Part shown: one piece after another, positions 50,669 through 64,000 of the stretch
Position numbering within the stretch: position 1 is the stretch's first letter
Layout: the number at the start of each line of letters is the position of its first letter
NCBI RefSeq assembly: GCF_018977255.1
Contig: NW_024704743.1
Coordinates: 33,668,001-33,732,000, forward strand
Direction: 5' to 3'
DNA: 64,000 bases
From: Callorhinchus milii
Lineage: Eukaryota
Notes under the pieces: model-generated
What the model was told of the DNA's origin: nothing
Databases searched by the model: none
Seen by the model: only the letters and a program-made list of their open reading frames with translations
Translations under genes and position numbers: made by a program

Positions 50669-51052
50669 GGAGTCCTGTAGCTCAGTGGTTAAAGCACTTG
50701 CTTTGCAAAGCGAGAGACCTGGGTTCGATTCCCGGGTAGGGCGAAACGTTAGGCAAGTTTCCTTACTCCAAATGCCTCTGCATACCTAGCAGTAAGTAGG
50801 AACCCGGTTGTCAGTTGATTGGCAGATCCCATTTCCGACAGTAGTAAGCCTTTCAAAAAAATAATAATTTGGTCACTCAATCCAGGACTGTTTGTGGGAC
50901 ACTGCTGTGCGCAATTGCCTGATTGCCTGCGCAATCGCCCACAAAATATACAGTCAATTCACTTTACAGTAGATTCTTTGCAGTGAAGCGCTTTGAGACG
51001 TCTCAAAGATGTGATAAGGCGCTATATCAAATGCAAGGATTATTATTATTAT
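50669..51052 (+). mobile_element. Young SINE, long form, full length
   Basis: A-box tagctcagtgg, B-box gggttcgattccc, CORE-like and Deu-like segments, tail gataaggcgctatatcaaatgcaaggattattattatt. Confidence 0.93.
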
Positions 51053-51533
51053 AAGAGCTTGTAAGAGTGTTCAAACTCTTCCTCCTTCAGGGGAAACTGC
51101 TGAGCTGTTAATTGAAGTTGTCGCCCCAGTTTACCCTTAAGCACCTCCTAGTGGCTGGTTATAGCACAACTTGGGAAGAAGCTTGATTGATTTCTGCCTG
51201 GAGTGTTAGTGGTGTTGGGTGTGTGAGAAAGGGGTGGAGGGGAAAGAAAATGTTGTTTTCCTTAAGAAAAAAAAGCCTTTGCGTGCCTTGTAACTAAATC
51301 TTGACCATTTGTGCGGGCGTGGCATGCTCCATTTCCTTCAACTGTAAATACTCTGGAAGCTTTATAAGTGGTTAATTTCGTTGCTTTTGCTGCATGATTT
51401 TTAATCGTTGCATATATCTGAAAGTTGATTCAAATCAAAATAACTGTTTGACCAACTTGACCGCAATTTTTTAAGCAAAAAAAAAGTACTCGTTTTTTTT
51501 GTTTGAAAAGTCTGTGGCTCTCTCACCGAATAC

Positions 51534-51822
51534 TTCTCTCTCTCACTCTCTCTCTCTCTCACTCTCTCTCTCTCTCGCTCTCTCACTCACTCACTCACTC
51601 ACTCACTCACTCACTCACTCACTCACTCACTCACTCACTCACTCACTCACTCACTCACTCACTCACTCACTCACTCACTCTGTCTCTCTTTTGGTCTCTC
51701 ACTCACTCACTCACTCACTCACTCACTCACTCACTCACTCACTCACTCACTCACTCACTCACTCACTCACTGTCTTTTGGTCTCTCTCTCTCTCTCTCTC
51801 TCTCTCACTCAATCACTCACTC
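51534..51822. repeat. Compound microsatellite (CT)n-(CACT)n-spacer-(CACT)n-spacer-(CT)n
   Basis: Direct reading; it explains the HSLT-repeat ORFs 51499..51885 and 51503..51901. Confidence 0.97.
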
Positions 51823-54581
51823 AAAATATGTGCAGCATTGGGGGGGAGGAAGGGAAAGACTAGTATCCTCCTTGGGAGAAGGTGATTATAAATCATCTTG
51901 AATGTACTGCTTTTGAAGCTGCTACAGAGAGTTCAGGCATACTTGAGAAAACATGACATTTTTCACAGTGTATTTTGTGTTTCCGTCCGTTGGTGTGGAA
52001 GTACTTAAAGCTTTGGATATTTGCCAGTGGTTTCCAGTCTGGGCATTGTTTCACTGCAATTGGCTGCTGTTGCATGTAGCTGTCAGAATTTGATATTTTC
52101 TGCATGACTGAGGCTCGGGCTCTATCAGTCTGACACCTCTGCACCGTTGTAGTCTTTAGATGCCTGGGAGAAAGGAGGTGAAATCACACATCAGAAAGTC
52201 TTGCTATAGAGGATAAGAATCATATTCACGACGCCTATCATTTGGCTATCATTAAGAGGTGTGCTGGTTTGGGGTGTAGGGTGCGGAGGCAATTTCCATC
52301 AAAATCCATCTGGCCTCACTGAAATTCCCTGGAAATACAGCCATGGCATTACTCATCCTCACCAAGTCATTAATTGCAGTAATGTCAAGTCCTCAAGCAT
52401 GTACATAACAATGCGTTAAAAGGGGAAAGTGCTGTTGACTTGTACTTTTCATACTACCATTAACCTATCAATTTGTCAAATGTAGAGCATGCTAAGTGGA
52501 TGGGTTGGGTGTAAATTTTACCCATTCAGTTAGAAATGACAATGAAACTTGTGATTTATAATCACTGCCGGGTTTACAGAAATTCTGACTGTTTACTGTC
52601 AACATTGCGTTTTCCATATTCATTTTAGATTTGGTCGGAAGCAGCAAGCGTGGATCCGAAGTTCAGATCTGCAGATCTATTGTGTAATTACCGTCTTGTA
52701 TCCACAGGTTATTTTTATCTTGTCTGATGGTTGGAAGATTGAAGAACACTGTAGATGGGTCTGCTATATACAGATGAAAGAGAGGTGCATGTTTAGTCAG
52801 GCTACCTCCACTTAGGCTGTCATAAGTGCCACCCCACAGTAGCTGTGAGGAGACCCAGAGAGGCTAGACGCCAAGCTGTATGAATTCATGCATCCCTTCG
52901 CTTTGATCATTGTTCACAACTTCATTTACTTTCCTTAATGTAGATGAGTGCGCTCCAGCATTTACTGATGAAAATGACCATGTTTGAGGAGAATGTAGTC
53001 AGGCCACTGTGTCAAAGTAGATCACTCTCATCTGATCACCAACCCATTGCAAAATACCTTGTGTTTCCCTCTGGTGTGATATAGCTATATAACTTCAAAT
53101 TTTCTTGCATTAACTGAGATTATTCCCACCCTCGTCTGTGAGCACATTGATTCTTTTGCCATAGGTTCATACAGGTTGTTCAGTGGTATACAGTTGTACT
53201 CTAGGGCACTGCTTATGACCGCCCAGCCAGCCAGGCTCATCGGTAAGACTTGAACATGGGGCAGAATGGTCTCTGGAGATGAGAATTCTTCCTACTCAGC
53301 TCCTGTTATTAATATTAATGATGATCATGATGAAGAAGATATTTTGGTATTGACTGCAAATGTGACATCAAAAGGTAACATCACAATGATATGGGACTCA
53401 CAAGTACATACAGTTAGAGTAGTCTGTAATAAAATAGATATTATAAAATACTCTCTGGAATTAGGTAAGTAGGGTGTGCCCCTCACAACAATAACAACAA
53501 AATGACATTTGTAGCGCCTTTCACGTCAGGAGGACGTCCCAAAGCGCTGAACAGTCAGATATCGGGGTCCGAGCATGGGGGAGGTGTAGGGGTGAGAGAA
53601 GGCAGAGAGGTGGGAGGCAGACCAAAGGTACGGTCAAAGCATGGTCCCCTCCAAGGAGAGAGTGCGCATTCCACTCCTGATATAAGAATGTCCACGTGTA
53701 GGTGGGCATGAATGGAACTCAGTTTGGTTTGGATACTCTTTAGCGTGGTGATGGTCAGACATCCAGCTGACCCCGCCCCCCAAAAATCTCCCAAGAAAAA
53801 CTGCCACAAATCATACAGCGCAGCTGTACCTTACTTTCTAACTACCTGAGTCATGAGGGAAGTCTTAAAGCCTTCTTACTGATGCATCGCATGAAAAATC
53901 AAAAATGTGTTGTTGACTTGCATAAATATTCTTCAGGATTCCTTCATTGCTGTTTTACACTCTTGTGAGTCTCCTGTAGGAGAAGTTGGTTTTGGGTAGA
54001 CTGTAGGCATTCTGCTCCAATTCTGAGATTATAATTTATAGAGCATTAATGAGCCTTCCCTTAAAGAGATTTGTGCACTGGAGCTGAGAACCTGAATATA
54101 ACCTGCGGGGTCATGATATTCCAGTTATCTTGTGCAGCCTGCAAATACTACTAGATAAAGGATCTATACCCAGTTCACTGAGGGTTGATGCGGTAGCAGC
54201 ATTAACTTTCCACCCACAGTTGGAAAGTTCAGTTGGAAAACGCAAGTTCATGAAAGTTGCTTAGAAGGTCAAACTCTTTGTCAGTTAAACTTGTTCCTGG
54301 AATTTGATGTGCGTTCTCAAGTATGTTACTCCCTCTGAGCAGGCAATTCATCAGGTGAATAACCTTATCATATCAAATCCTGTGGCCGGGTGCTAGCATG
54401 TACGTCATGGGTGTCTGCCTTGTGGGTTACATTATATTTGTTGTGGGTACAGTCTGAATTACGAATTACTGCAATTGGCACTCGGAAGAGGAAAATAATT
54501 GAAGGAAATACCCCCGCAATTCATCTTGAAATGCATTATTTCTATATATTCGTCTTGAGATATTGTAGTTTTTTTTATTAA

Positions 54582-55260
<679 letters not shown>

Positions 55261-55737
55261 TCAGAGAGGCATGGTCAGCCCGCTGGCACGGGAGGAGGAG
55301 GGGGAGCTAAGGAGAGCAGCACAGGAAGTTGAGCAAGTCTGGCCCTGGGCACAGGGCTCATTATTGTCAATTTTAAAAAGAAAACGATTGTGGTTAGTGG
55401 GGTTGTGAATAGATTTAGTAAAAGACAGCGGAGATGAGACACAAAGAGTAAGAAATAAAAGAAACTTTCAAGTCCTGTTTTAAAACTGCGATTTGTGACG
55501 TCACACTGTGTTAAGGACTGGCGAGACTCTAGCCTTCATGAAGGATGCTATATGAATGCAAGTTGTAAATGATGTCAGTCTGGTTCAGTTCATAGCTTTC
55601 TCGCCTCTGAGTCAAAAGGATGTGGGTTCAAGCCCCACGTTGAGAGTTGCAATCCTGCTGTTCTTTGGGATGGGCTTCTAGTGTAAAAGGTGCTTTACCA
55701 AATGCAAGCATTATTTTTTTGCCGGGTACCAACCTCC

Positions 55738-55852
55738 TAATAATAATCATAATAATCCTTGCATTTGATAATGCGCCTTATCATGTCTTCCAGACGTCTC
55801 AAAGCGCTTCACAGAATATACTGTAAAGTGAATTGACTATTTTGTGGGCAAA
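55738..55852 (-). mobile_element. Young SINE 3' end
   Basis: aataatccttgcatttg...gacgtctcaaagcgcttcacagaatatactgtaaagtgaattgac. Confidence 0.85.
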
Positions 55853-57009
55853 ATTATCATAGATCCCTAGTAGAGCCACGTTATAAGCGAGGTAGTACGG
55901 TATTGAAAGGCGCTATAACTATTCATCAACTTCAAGGTTACAGATTTTAGTTCACAAATGCTTTCTCCATTGGTGGTCTTCCTCGTTGCATACAGTGTTA
56001 TAACACAGTGGAGAACATAAATGGATTATGTATGCTTACATTTTTCTTTGAACGCAATGGACCTCCAAGGGAGATCTTCAGATCTGCCTTTTCCTTTTAA
56101 ATTAACCTGAAAGCTTCAATCTAAGAACAATCCTTGAATTATTGCACTGTTTACAGAAAGAAGCATTGGAATGTTGGAAACAGAAATGTTTCCAGTTCAG
56201 TTTTATGAATGTGTGGGGTAAAGAAAGAGAAAACAAATTTCTAGGGCAGAATACTGAAGAACCGTCTGAGAATGAAGGGCAGATTCACAGAACAAGCTTG
56301 TCTTAATTTTTAACAACATGGAAAATTTGACTCTTTATTTTTGGGCAAATATTTTGGGCAAGTACAAACAAATATTTAATGCCTTCCTCAAGCATGCACT
56401 GTTTCCCCTGTTTAACTGAAATGTGTACTTGCACCAAGATACTTGTCACAGTTTCCAAAATAAATGATTCAAATAGAGAAGCAACATTCATTAACCTCCA
56501 GCTGGGAGGTTATTGCATTTGCCAGCACGCCTTCTTTGTAATTGTCCACATTTTAAGGTTTCCAGCTCTGTGGGTGATGGTTTTGACAGCAGCGATCATT
56601 TCCCGTAAGGCAGAGGATGCCCAGATTGCATTTTGAGCCACAGACATTGATTACTTTTGCGATACCAATCTTTCCATGCTCCGCTGGCACATCATGTCAA
56701 TTTCCAGTAGTAGATGAGCATGTATTTGGAGAGTGGGGTGACTTGTGAATAAGGTGAATGCTACTTGTTGTGGGTACTTCCCTGAAGCAATATTTATTGT
56801 GGTATGCAATGGCTGGGAGTACGGAAGAAAAAGTGAGACTGCAAAGTGTTGCCTGCAGTCCTTGAAATACAGTTGCCCAAAACTAAAAAGTAAAAATTGT
56901 GATGTGTTTCCCCTCCCCGCAAACTCCACCACAAGAATCAATCTACCTTTGGCCTCCCAATAGAGGTATCTGTTCACAGGATTAAGACTTAACTCAACAA
57001 CTGTGGTGC

Positions 57010-57300
57010 TAGAGCTATCAGCACTCTCACCTCTGCGGGCAGAAGGTTGTGGGTTCAAGCCCCATGTTGGGACTTTGAACTCGTAGCCTGACAACTCGAA
57101 TGCATGCTGTAGTATGCTGCATTGTTGCAAGTATTGTGGCTGTTAAAGATCTCATGGTACTATTTGAAAAGAGAAGGGAGCTTTCTGGTGAACAATCCCC
57201 CAGGGAAAACTGGTCATTCACTTCATGGCTGATTGCGGGATATTGCTGTGTGCAAATTGGCGGCTGCGTTCATCTACAAAGACACAGTCACTGCATTTTA
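57010..57300 (+). mobile_element. Older Deu-type SINE
   Basis: gcactctcacctctgcgggcagaaggttgtgggttcaagcccc head; gtgtgcaaattggcggctgcgtt Deu segment. Confidence 0.75.
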
Positions 57301-59189
57301 CTTGTAACTAGTGGCTGATTTTACTTTACAGTAACAATTTTGATAACATTGGAAGGGAACTAATTTGACTTATATTGCCTCACTTCTAGTTTATGCTGCT
57401 GTACTCTTGTCTCCTCTGTCTGTTTATGCTTCTCTCTCTCTCTCTCTCTCTGCCACTCTCTCTGTGCTGCTTTCTTCGCTCTCTTTAATTGCTGCATTCT
57501 CATCCTCTCTTTATGCTGTTCTCTTTCTCTCGTATTTTATGCTGCTATCTCTTTTTTTAACCATTGGCTTTTGGGATATTTTCTTTATCTTAGGGCCATA
57601 TATAGTGCAGTGGGTAATTGCCTGCTTTTTGTTTGATTCTTTCCTGCTTTCCTTTTCCCCATTCCTGATTTGAAATGTTATTTGTAGGAGAACGTAATAA
57701 TGAGCCAGTGGTTTAGTGGCGTCTGTGATGCAAACAAATCCCTTTCTGAGTACAAAAGATTCTTTTCATGAATAAAAATACTAGGAGTTTAGGAGCACAG
57801 AGCAAATGTTGACAATCCTTTGGCTTGTTAAATTGATGCCAGATTATAATTCAGCAAGCTATTAAATATTTTTTTTGATGGGATTAAGGTTGGCAGCAAA
57901 ATTTCAGAAACCATTTGACTTTTTGCAGGTCAGCTCTGTTAAAATTCCTCTTTGCTGTAATTCTTGAAAGGTTTTTTTTCATTTGCTTTTTGTGGTGTAT
58001 ATTTTCAGTTCTGTACAGAAGGCTTTGAAGTACATGCACACCAGTCACATCTGCACAGCTCACCTTCTGCTGTCATTCCTCCACAGCTCTGATTACTTTG
58101 CTAGTTTTCAGGGCTTCTGCGTCAGGGGTAACAATTCTGATATCAAATGGAAATGCTTGTGGCCAACATTGCTTGCTGCCATTTTTCTCATCGCAAGAGC
58201 TCAATCACTGCAAGAGCTCGACCTGCCTGAGCAGGCTGGATTTGTTTGAATTTTAACATTGGGGGCCCATGCCGAACAACAGGGAAGACCTGGGAATTGA
58301 AACTGATAAACTTGCAAAACATCTGCAATCTTGGTCACAGTTATTGCTGGGATTAGTCTTCGTGGCAAGAGGGCTGAGGAAAGTCCAAGGCAGAGGTGCA
58401 GTCTGTGGGTGATAATCCAAGTTACTTTTATGTGCATTTAATGAGAAATTATCTGCAAAATGTTCATTACAGAAATGTGCTATAAAGCACTACCTTGTGA
58501 CCCTAGGCGTGGAAGCAATTCGTTCCACAATGAGGCTTTCTGCCCAGTTACGGGTTAAACAGGGTCTCATTTTGTTCTGTTCCCTTGGGCTGTAATGCGC
58601 GCAAGACACTTAGACATTTTGTGTGCCAGCAGATTAGAGCGCAGAAAATTCAAGCGAGTGTTGTTTTCCATCCCTGTTCATTCCCCACCTCCACGTCTTC
58701 CCCCGCCCCCCCCCCCCACCACCCTCACCATCACCACAGAATTGCTAATATATTAACCCGATCCTTTTCACGTTCATGTCTAATGTGGTGGTTTCTTTGT
58801 GACGCGCTCCGATAGGATTGACCTCCAGCGCTGACTAGTCTTATAAATGCTTCTCAGTCTTTGCTGTGAAATACAGAACAATCTGCAAAAGCTTCTTCTG
58901 TTCTTCAGGAAAAAAAGGCTCCTTTCTCGAGAATGTGGGCTAATTGAGCAATTTAGAAGCACTTTTGGTAGCGAAGCTTAATGTATTCCTCTTTCTCTGT
59001 GTCTGCTTCTCACAGCCAATTCACCAACTGCAGCTGAGAGGTAGGGTGGTAGCTGACTTCAGGTGCAGACAGTGTTCCAGATGAGTGCCAGGATGTGTGT
59101 GCGAGTGTGCAAGGCCTGGTTGTGACTGGCATTGTTTAATATTGCAATTTTCGGGATTGTTGGAAGACCCAAGATAATGGCCATCTGTG

Positions 59190-59333
59190 GGAACCTGCTC
59201 TGTGCAAAGACCCGCCTAGTTTCGCCCACAAAATATGCAGTCAATTCACTTTTCAATAGATTCTGTGAAGCGCTTTGAGACATCTCGAAAACATGATAAG
59301 GCGCAATATCAAGTGGAAAGATTATTATTATTA
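59190..59333 (+). mobile_element. Young SINE 3' part
   Basis: tttcgcccacaaaatatgcagtcaattcacttt...gataaggcgcaatatc...attattatta. Confidence 0.8.
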
Positions 59334-59340
59334 GTTCAGC

Positions 59341-59818
59341 GTCAGCCTGGTTCATTTGGTAGCACAAGTGCTTCTGAGTCCGAAGGTTGTAGGTTCAAAC
59401 CTCATATCGTGACTTTTGAGTCCACAGTCTTGGCTAATGCTCCAGATAAGGTTGGCGGAGCACTGCATTGTCGCCATGTTAAGATGTTGTACTGTGTAGC
59501 TGTCCGCTTGTTCGTGTGATGTTGTTCACGTGGATGCTATTCTTTGAGCGATATCCTGAGCGAAGGGGCTATATAAATGCAAGTTGTTGATATTAGATAT
59601 CCTGTGGCACCATTCAAAAAGAATAGGGAGTTTCTGGCCGACAGTCGTGCAGATTAAAAAAAACTGATTGTTCATTTTATAGCTGTTTGTCGCACATGGC
59701 TGTGTTAAATTGGCTGCCGTATTCACCTTAAAATGCAGTCACGACACTTGTGAAGATTGTGAAGCGCTTTGAGACATTTTGCTGTGACTGTCGAAATATC
59801 AAATGCAAGGATTATTGT
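59341..59818 (+). mobile_element. Older Deu-type SINE with a short L2 tail (~59540-59590) nested inside
   Basis: Head gtcagcctggttcatttggtagcac; internal gctatataaatgcaagttgttg; Deu segment aaattggctgccgt; tail caaatgcaaggattatt. Confidence 0.7.
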
Positions 59819-60559
59819 AAAACGCATTTTGACAGTCGATTCCATGAAGCACTTTGTGATGTTTTGATGTGATGAACGGCCACATGTTCTAAACATCTCT
59901 GCTTTCCAGAGGCTGAGTTTATCTTGGATAGATTGTATGTTTGGCCAGGAATAACTGATGCTATTGTACAGGAGCAAAGAACGCTAGTCATGTTTGAAAC
60001 CTCCAATAGAAATGACTTTCTGTTGTTTAACTGTATGCAAGGCTCATTTTGGGAAGATGGTTTTTCCAGCGAAACAGGCTACGGTTTATGATTCAGCTGT
60101 TCACTCCTCCCAGGTACTCCTTTCCCAGTGACCTGGGACGTCTTTCCGACGTGAAGGGTGCTATACAAGTGTAATTTGTTCTTGTTATCAGTCTTTATCA
60201 TACTGCAAAGTCTGTGCCACTCTTTATGGCTCTTTACAAAATGCGATGAATTCAGTTCAGAAAACACTGGTGCAGACGTATTTTTTCAAACAAATTCTGA
60301 CTTTAAAGCGATCACATCTGCCTGTTACTGATTGTTCTGCTCTATCACTTCTTCCAACAACTTGGCAACAGTTCCCGCAGGTGGAGCCTGTCTGTGTCCC
60401 TCTGGTGCATGAAGCTTGGGCCAATCGACTTCAGATTCTACTGCAGAATTCTGGAGGCATTTCCAGGGGATGATGGAGAAAGAAATCACACGTTTATAAT
60501 CTTTTCTCTTCACAAAGTCACTCCCCGCTTACCATCTCCTTGCAACCCCTTTCCCCCCA

Positions 60560-60950
60560 CCCCCTTCAAAATGCTGGGAAAGAGCTTGGTTTCTAGCAGA
60601 GTATTGAAAACCAGGAGAGAGGATGTGAAGCCACAAGATTTTTGAGAGGGAGATCTAAGCCGCTGCAAAATGTAGTGGCTTTAAGTTCATCACTGGGTGA
60701 GAGTAGACAAGGGATGTGCAGCAGATCTGAGCTTGTGGAGCAGAGTGAGTAGAGAATCATGCTGGGGAATATCCCAGAGGTGAGTGGGGCAAAGGCTTGG
60801 ATGGATTTGAAGTTCAGCAAAAGGATATTCAAGGCAATCTGTTGTGAGGTGGGGAGCCTGGAGTTATTGAGGCTGATGGGGATATCGAGCCAATGTAGAA
60901 GTGGTATGGGCTGAGGGTGAGCTGAGCTTGTAGAGGGAAAGAGTATCATT
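60560..60950 (-). mobile_element. Degraded L2 3' fragment
   Basis: Minus-strand PLLHWL...LNILLLNFKSIQAFAP resembles L2 LHWLP...FKILILTYKAIHGLAP. Confidence 0.65.
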
Positions 60951-62599
60951 CATAAGTCAGCATTGACCCTTGTAACTCAATACATTCCATTCAGTGTTAA
61001 GTGGCTATACAACACATAAATTACCCAAATGCATAAATGACCACAATTCATAAAGATACCAGAGTAACTCGATGCCTCTTAAGATCTTACGGAATTGAGA
61101 ACCAAGAATGTACCTGTCTGACTGAGACCACAACAGTTTTGATTAAACTTGATTGTATGTAAAGTTTCCGAGTTTACATTGTGCAATAAAATCAGCATTT
61201 CCAGAGCAGGCAAAGTTTCAGGAAAAGGTTTTACATCACAAAGTAGAATTGTGCCGGGTTGTTTGCAGCCTCGATAATGTGTGGGTTTTTGTTAGACCAA
61301 AGTTGCTGGATTATTGATGTGCAACTATAGCTTATAGCCAAATTAGTTTGCAAAACTAGCCGAGGAGTTGATTAAAAAATCCAAGAGAGAATTTGTCTGC
61401 GTTCGCTGACAATGCTGCTGAGATGGTTCTAGACTGTCGGCTGGAGTTCTCCAGTGTGTACCACAATAAGCCACACTCAGATCCTGCAGAGAAACCATAA
61501 ATTTAATGATCGTTGATTTATTCTCTTACAAATGTTAAAACCGTTTGTCAATGTCAGTGCAAACGCTTTAAGTGCAGAATTTCTTCCGTTTGCAATAGAC
61601 TTGTCTCATTCCTTTTAAGAGCCTTCAGATTTATTTGGGTGTTTTTTTTATTAAGAATGAGGACCTTTAGTTTGGGACCTTGGGATGGATTCTGGAGTGG
61701 AAGGAGATGATTTTAGTGTCTAGGCTCACATAAAACAGAAACGTTTATGGCATGCTGCAAGCTTGGACACAAAGATATTATAAAAATTGGAAATGTTCAT
61801 TAATAAGGGTTTGTAGTTTTGCGCTATGTGAAGTGCTTCATGTATGTAAATCTCAGTCAAACGCTATTGTTAACTTGATACCTGGAAAATAAATGGAGGG
61901 AAAGATGAGACATTAAATGTCATAATTATAGATTGTCCTAGTCTATAACTTTACATGGTGCTACGCTGATATTCCACAAGCCAACATTGTAAACACTGGG
62001 ATCTGTGGGGGCAGCGGGTTCATGGGATGCTACAAGTGGCTTTGGTTGCAACTTTGGTTTAGCAAAATTGAAAGGGAGGGAATAGGGAGCGATATTGCCA
62101 GTAATTGACTGGGACGTGGTAGGAATGAAAAGATCAATGGTATGATAATTATCACTGGTCGGAGAACATCGGATTGTACATTTTTCACCTCCATTAACAT
62201 TTATTTCTCCACCTGGTTATGAATGTAATGCGAAACGATTAGGAGGCCTAGTCATTTATATTGCAGGGAAGCTGAGTACTGAAAGGTCTGCATCTCAATG
62301 CTGTATCTGTATGGCATTTTTGGTGAAGCCTGCCGTATAAATGAACAGGCTGGGGAGTGGTCTTTGGAGTTGTTTATTGTCAGTTTTTACAAAAACGTTA
62401 ATTGTTGAATGAAGGTAATTGCGAGCAACAATAAGCCTAGGCAGAACGAGTCGGGGAGACTGCATCCAGTGGGGAAACCGCATGCAGGCAATTAAGAAGT
62501 CTGGAGTCCCTGTGCACAAATCCTCATGCGTAGAAAGCCAACTCCAACCTCAATCACGAGTCTTAAAGGATTTAAACTAATTTTAAATTTAAATTTTAA

Positions 62600-62778
62600 A
62601 AATAATAATTTGGTCACTCAATCCACGACTGTTTGGGGCACTGCTGTGTGCAATTGGCTGCCGTGTTTCGCTCACAAACTATATACAGTCAATTCACTTT
62701 ACAGTATATTCTGTGAAGCGCTTTGAGACGTCTCGAAGATGTGATAAGGAGCTATATCAAATGCAAGGATTATTATTT
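62600..62778 (+). mobile_element. Young SINE, 5'-truncated
   Basis: ttggtcactcaatccacgactgtttgg...gacgtctcgaagatgtgataagg...caaatgcaaggattatt. Confidence 0.88.
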
Positions 62779-63454
62779 ATTTTAAGGCTCACGTTTGAGG
62801 TGGGAGTGTGCTTTCTATGCACGAGGATTTCTGTAGAGAAGTGGAAGGAATGCAGTCTCCCCTTCCCTATCTCTATCCAGGCTTATTGTTGTTCTCCCCC
62901 CACCCCTACCCCTCCCCAATCTCTGGTGCGAGATGATCCGGAGCCCACTGATGGGATTATCCCTATTGGTTCCACATCTAGGCCCTGCTTCGTACTATCT
63001 GTGTGCTTTTCGTTACTTGTCCACTATATATTTAAGAAGTCTTGGGAATTCCTGCATTTTCACGAATTGCATAATTTCATCGTCCTTTGCAGCATACATT
63101 CAGTTTGTGTTAGCGGGAAGTAGTGGAACAAGGCAATGTTCTGTCCGGGGTATGATTTGAATGTTAACTAGTGATAAAAGGCTAGTTGCTTTATCGTCCA
63201 GGAAAGCTGGGGGCAGAGGATGCCCTTTGATAAGCCTGCTTCAGTTCTGATGCAAGGTTCCTTTATTTTTGTTTCTTTCCCCCAGTTAATTTCTCCCCTG
63301 GTCGTGCAGCAATTGGCTGAGAGGCAACACATCCAGCCAGCCCTCTCCCAGCCCCCAGGCAGCCCTTGTCTGAAACAAGGCACTGAAATGTGCAAAGGCA
63401 GCCAAGAATCAATTCTGCAGAACTTAATTCTCTTTTTCCTTCTTCCTCTTCTTT

Positions 63455-63818
63455 GATGTCTCAAAGCGCCTCACATAATATACTAAAGTGAATTGACTGT
63501 ATATTTTGTAGGCAAAACACAGCAGCCAATTGCACACAGCAGTGTCCCACAAACAGTCGTGGATTGAGTGACCAATTTATTATTATTTTTTGAAGGAATT
63601 ATTACCTCCAGAAAAGCGATCCGCCAATCGACTAACAAACAGGTTCCTACTTACTGCTAGGTAAACAGAGGCGTGTGGAGTAAGGAAACTTGTCCAATGT
63701 TTCGCCCTGCCCGGAAGAGAACCCAGCTCTCTCACTTGTGATGCAAGTGCTCTAACCACTGAGCTACAGGACTCTGTGCTCTAACCACTGAGCTACAGGA
63801 CTCTAACCACTGAGCTAC
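63455..63818 (-). mobile_element. Young SINE, long form, with triplicated head and missing terminal tail
   Basis: Reverse match to the consensus; ctctaaccactgagctac occurs three times in 63750-63818. Confidence 0.9.
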
Positions 63819-63830
63819 TGATGATGCTAC

Positions 63831-64000
63831 TCAGCATCTAAGGCTGCACTCTCCACCTCTCAAAGCCGTCAGGAATCTCGGCGTTCTGTTCGACCCTGAG
63901 CTGTCCTTTCTTCCTCATATCCGCGCCACAACTGGCACCGCCTTCCATCACCTCCGAAACATCGCCAGACTACGGCACTACCTCACCCCTCACGCTGCTG
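63831..64000 (+). mobile_element. 5'-truncated young L2 copy, same subfamily as 14517-15470; runs off the window
   Basis: By eye, 5 substitutions plus one 2-nt indel over ~170 nt versus 14667-14835. Confidence 0.93.

Noticed and set aside
50669..50740. tRNA-Ala gene (also at 27851, 31108 and 44972)
   Set aside because: No acceptor stem, and always followed by the same SINE body; these are SINE heads.
51499..51901. His/Ser/Leu/Thr repeat proteins
   Set aside because: Translation of the (CACT)n microsatellite.

Overview
Vertebrate genomic DNA, most likely a cartilaginous fish (holocephalan-like SINE/L2 content; this is an inference). The whole window lies inside the JARID2 (Jumonji, PRC2 cofactor) gene on the + strand. 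Two coding exons are visible: 26310-26466 (157 nt, equivalent to human exon 3) and 54608-54777 (170 nt, equivalent to human exon 4, carrying the K116 PRC2-activating motif and the SUZ12-binding segment). They are joined in frame across a 28,141-nt intron. The rest is intronic and dense in retroposons: L2 LINE remnants (one ~2.6 kb with endonuclease and RT motifs), at least 16 copies of a young tRNA(Ala)-headed SINE with CORE-like, Deu-like and L2-tail modules, older Deu-type SINEs, CR1-like scraps and microsatellites. Nearly all ORFs in the supplied track are spurious or retroposon-derived. I found no CRISPR array, prokaryotic system or novel protein-coding gene. The most unusual signals are: an 11 x 23-bp tandem array of the SINE Pol III A-box head, with a second independent head triplication elsewhere; a repeat-spacer-repeat whose spacer was copied from ~330 bp upstream; a pre-miRNA-sized hairpin; a duplicated splice-acceptor-like segment before exon 3; and a frameshift shared by two young L2 copies.
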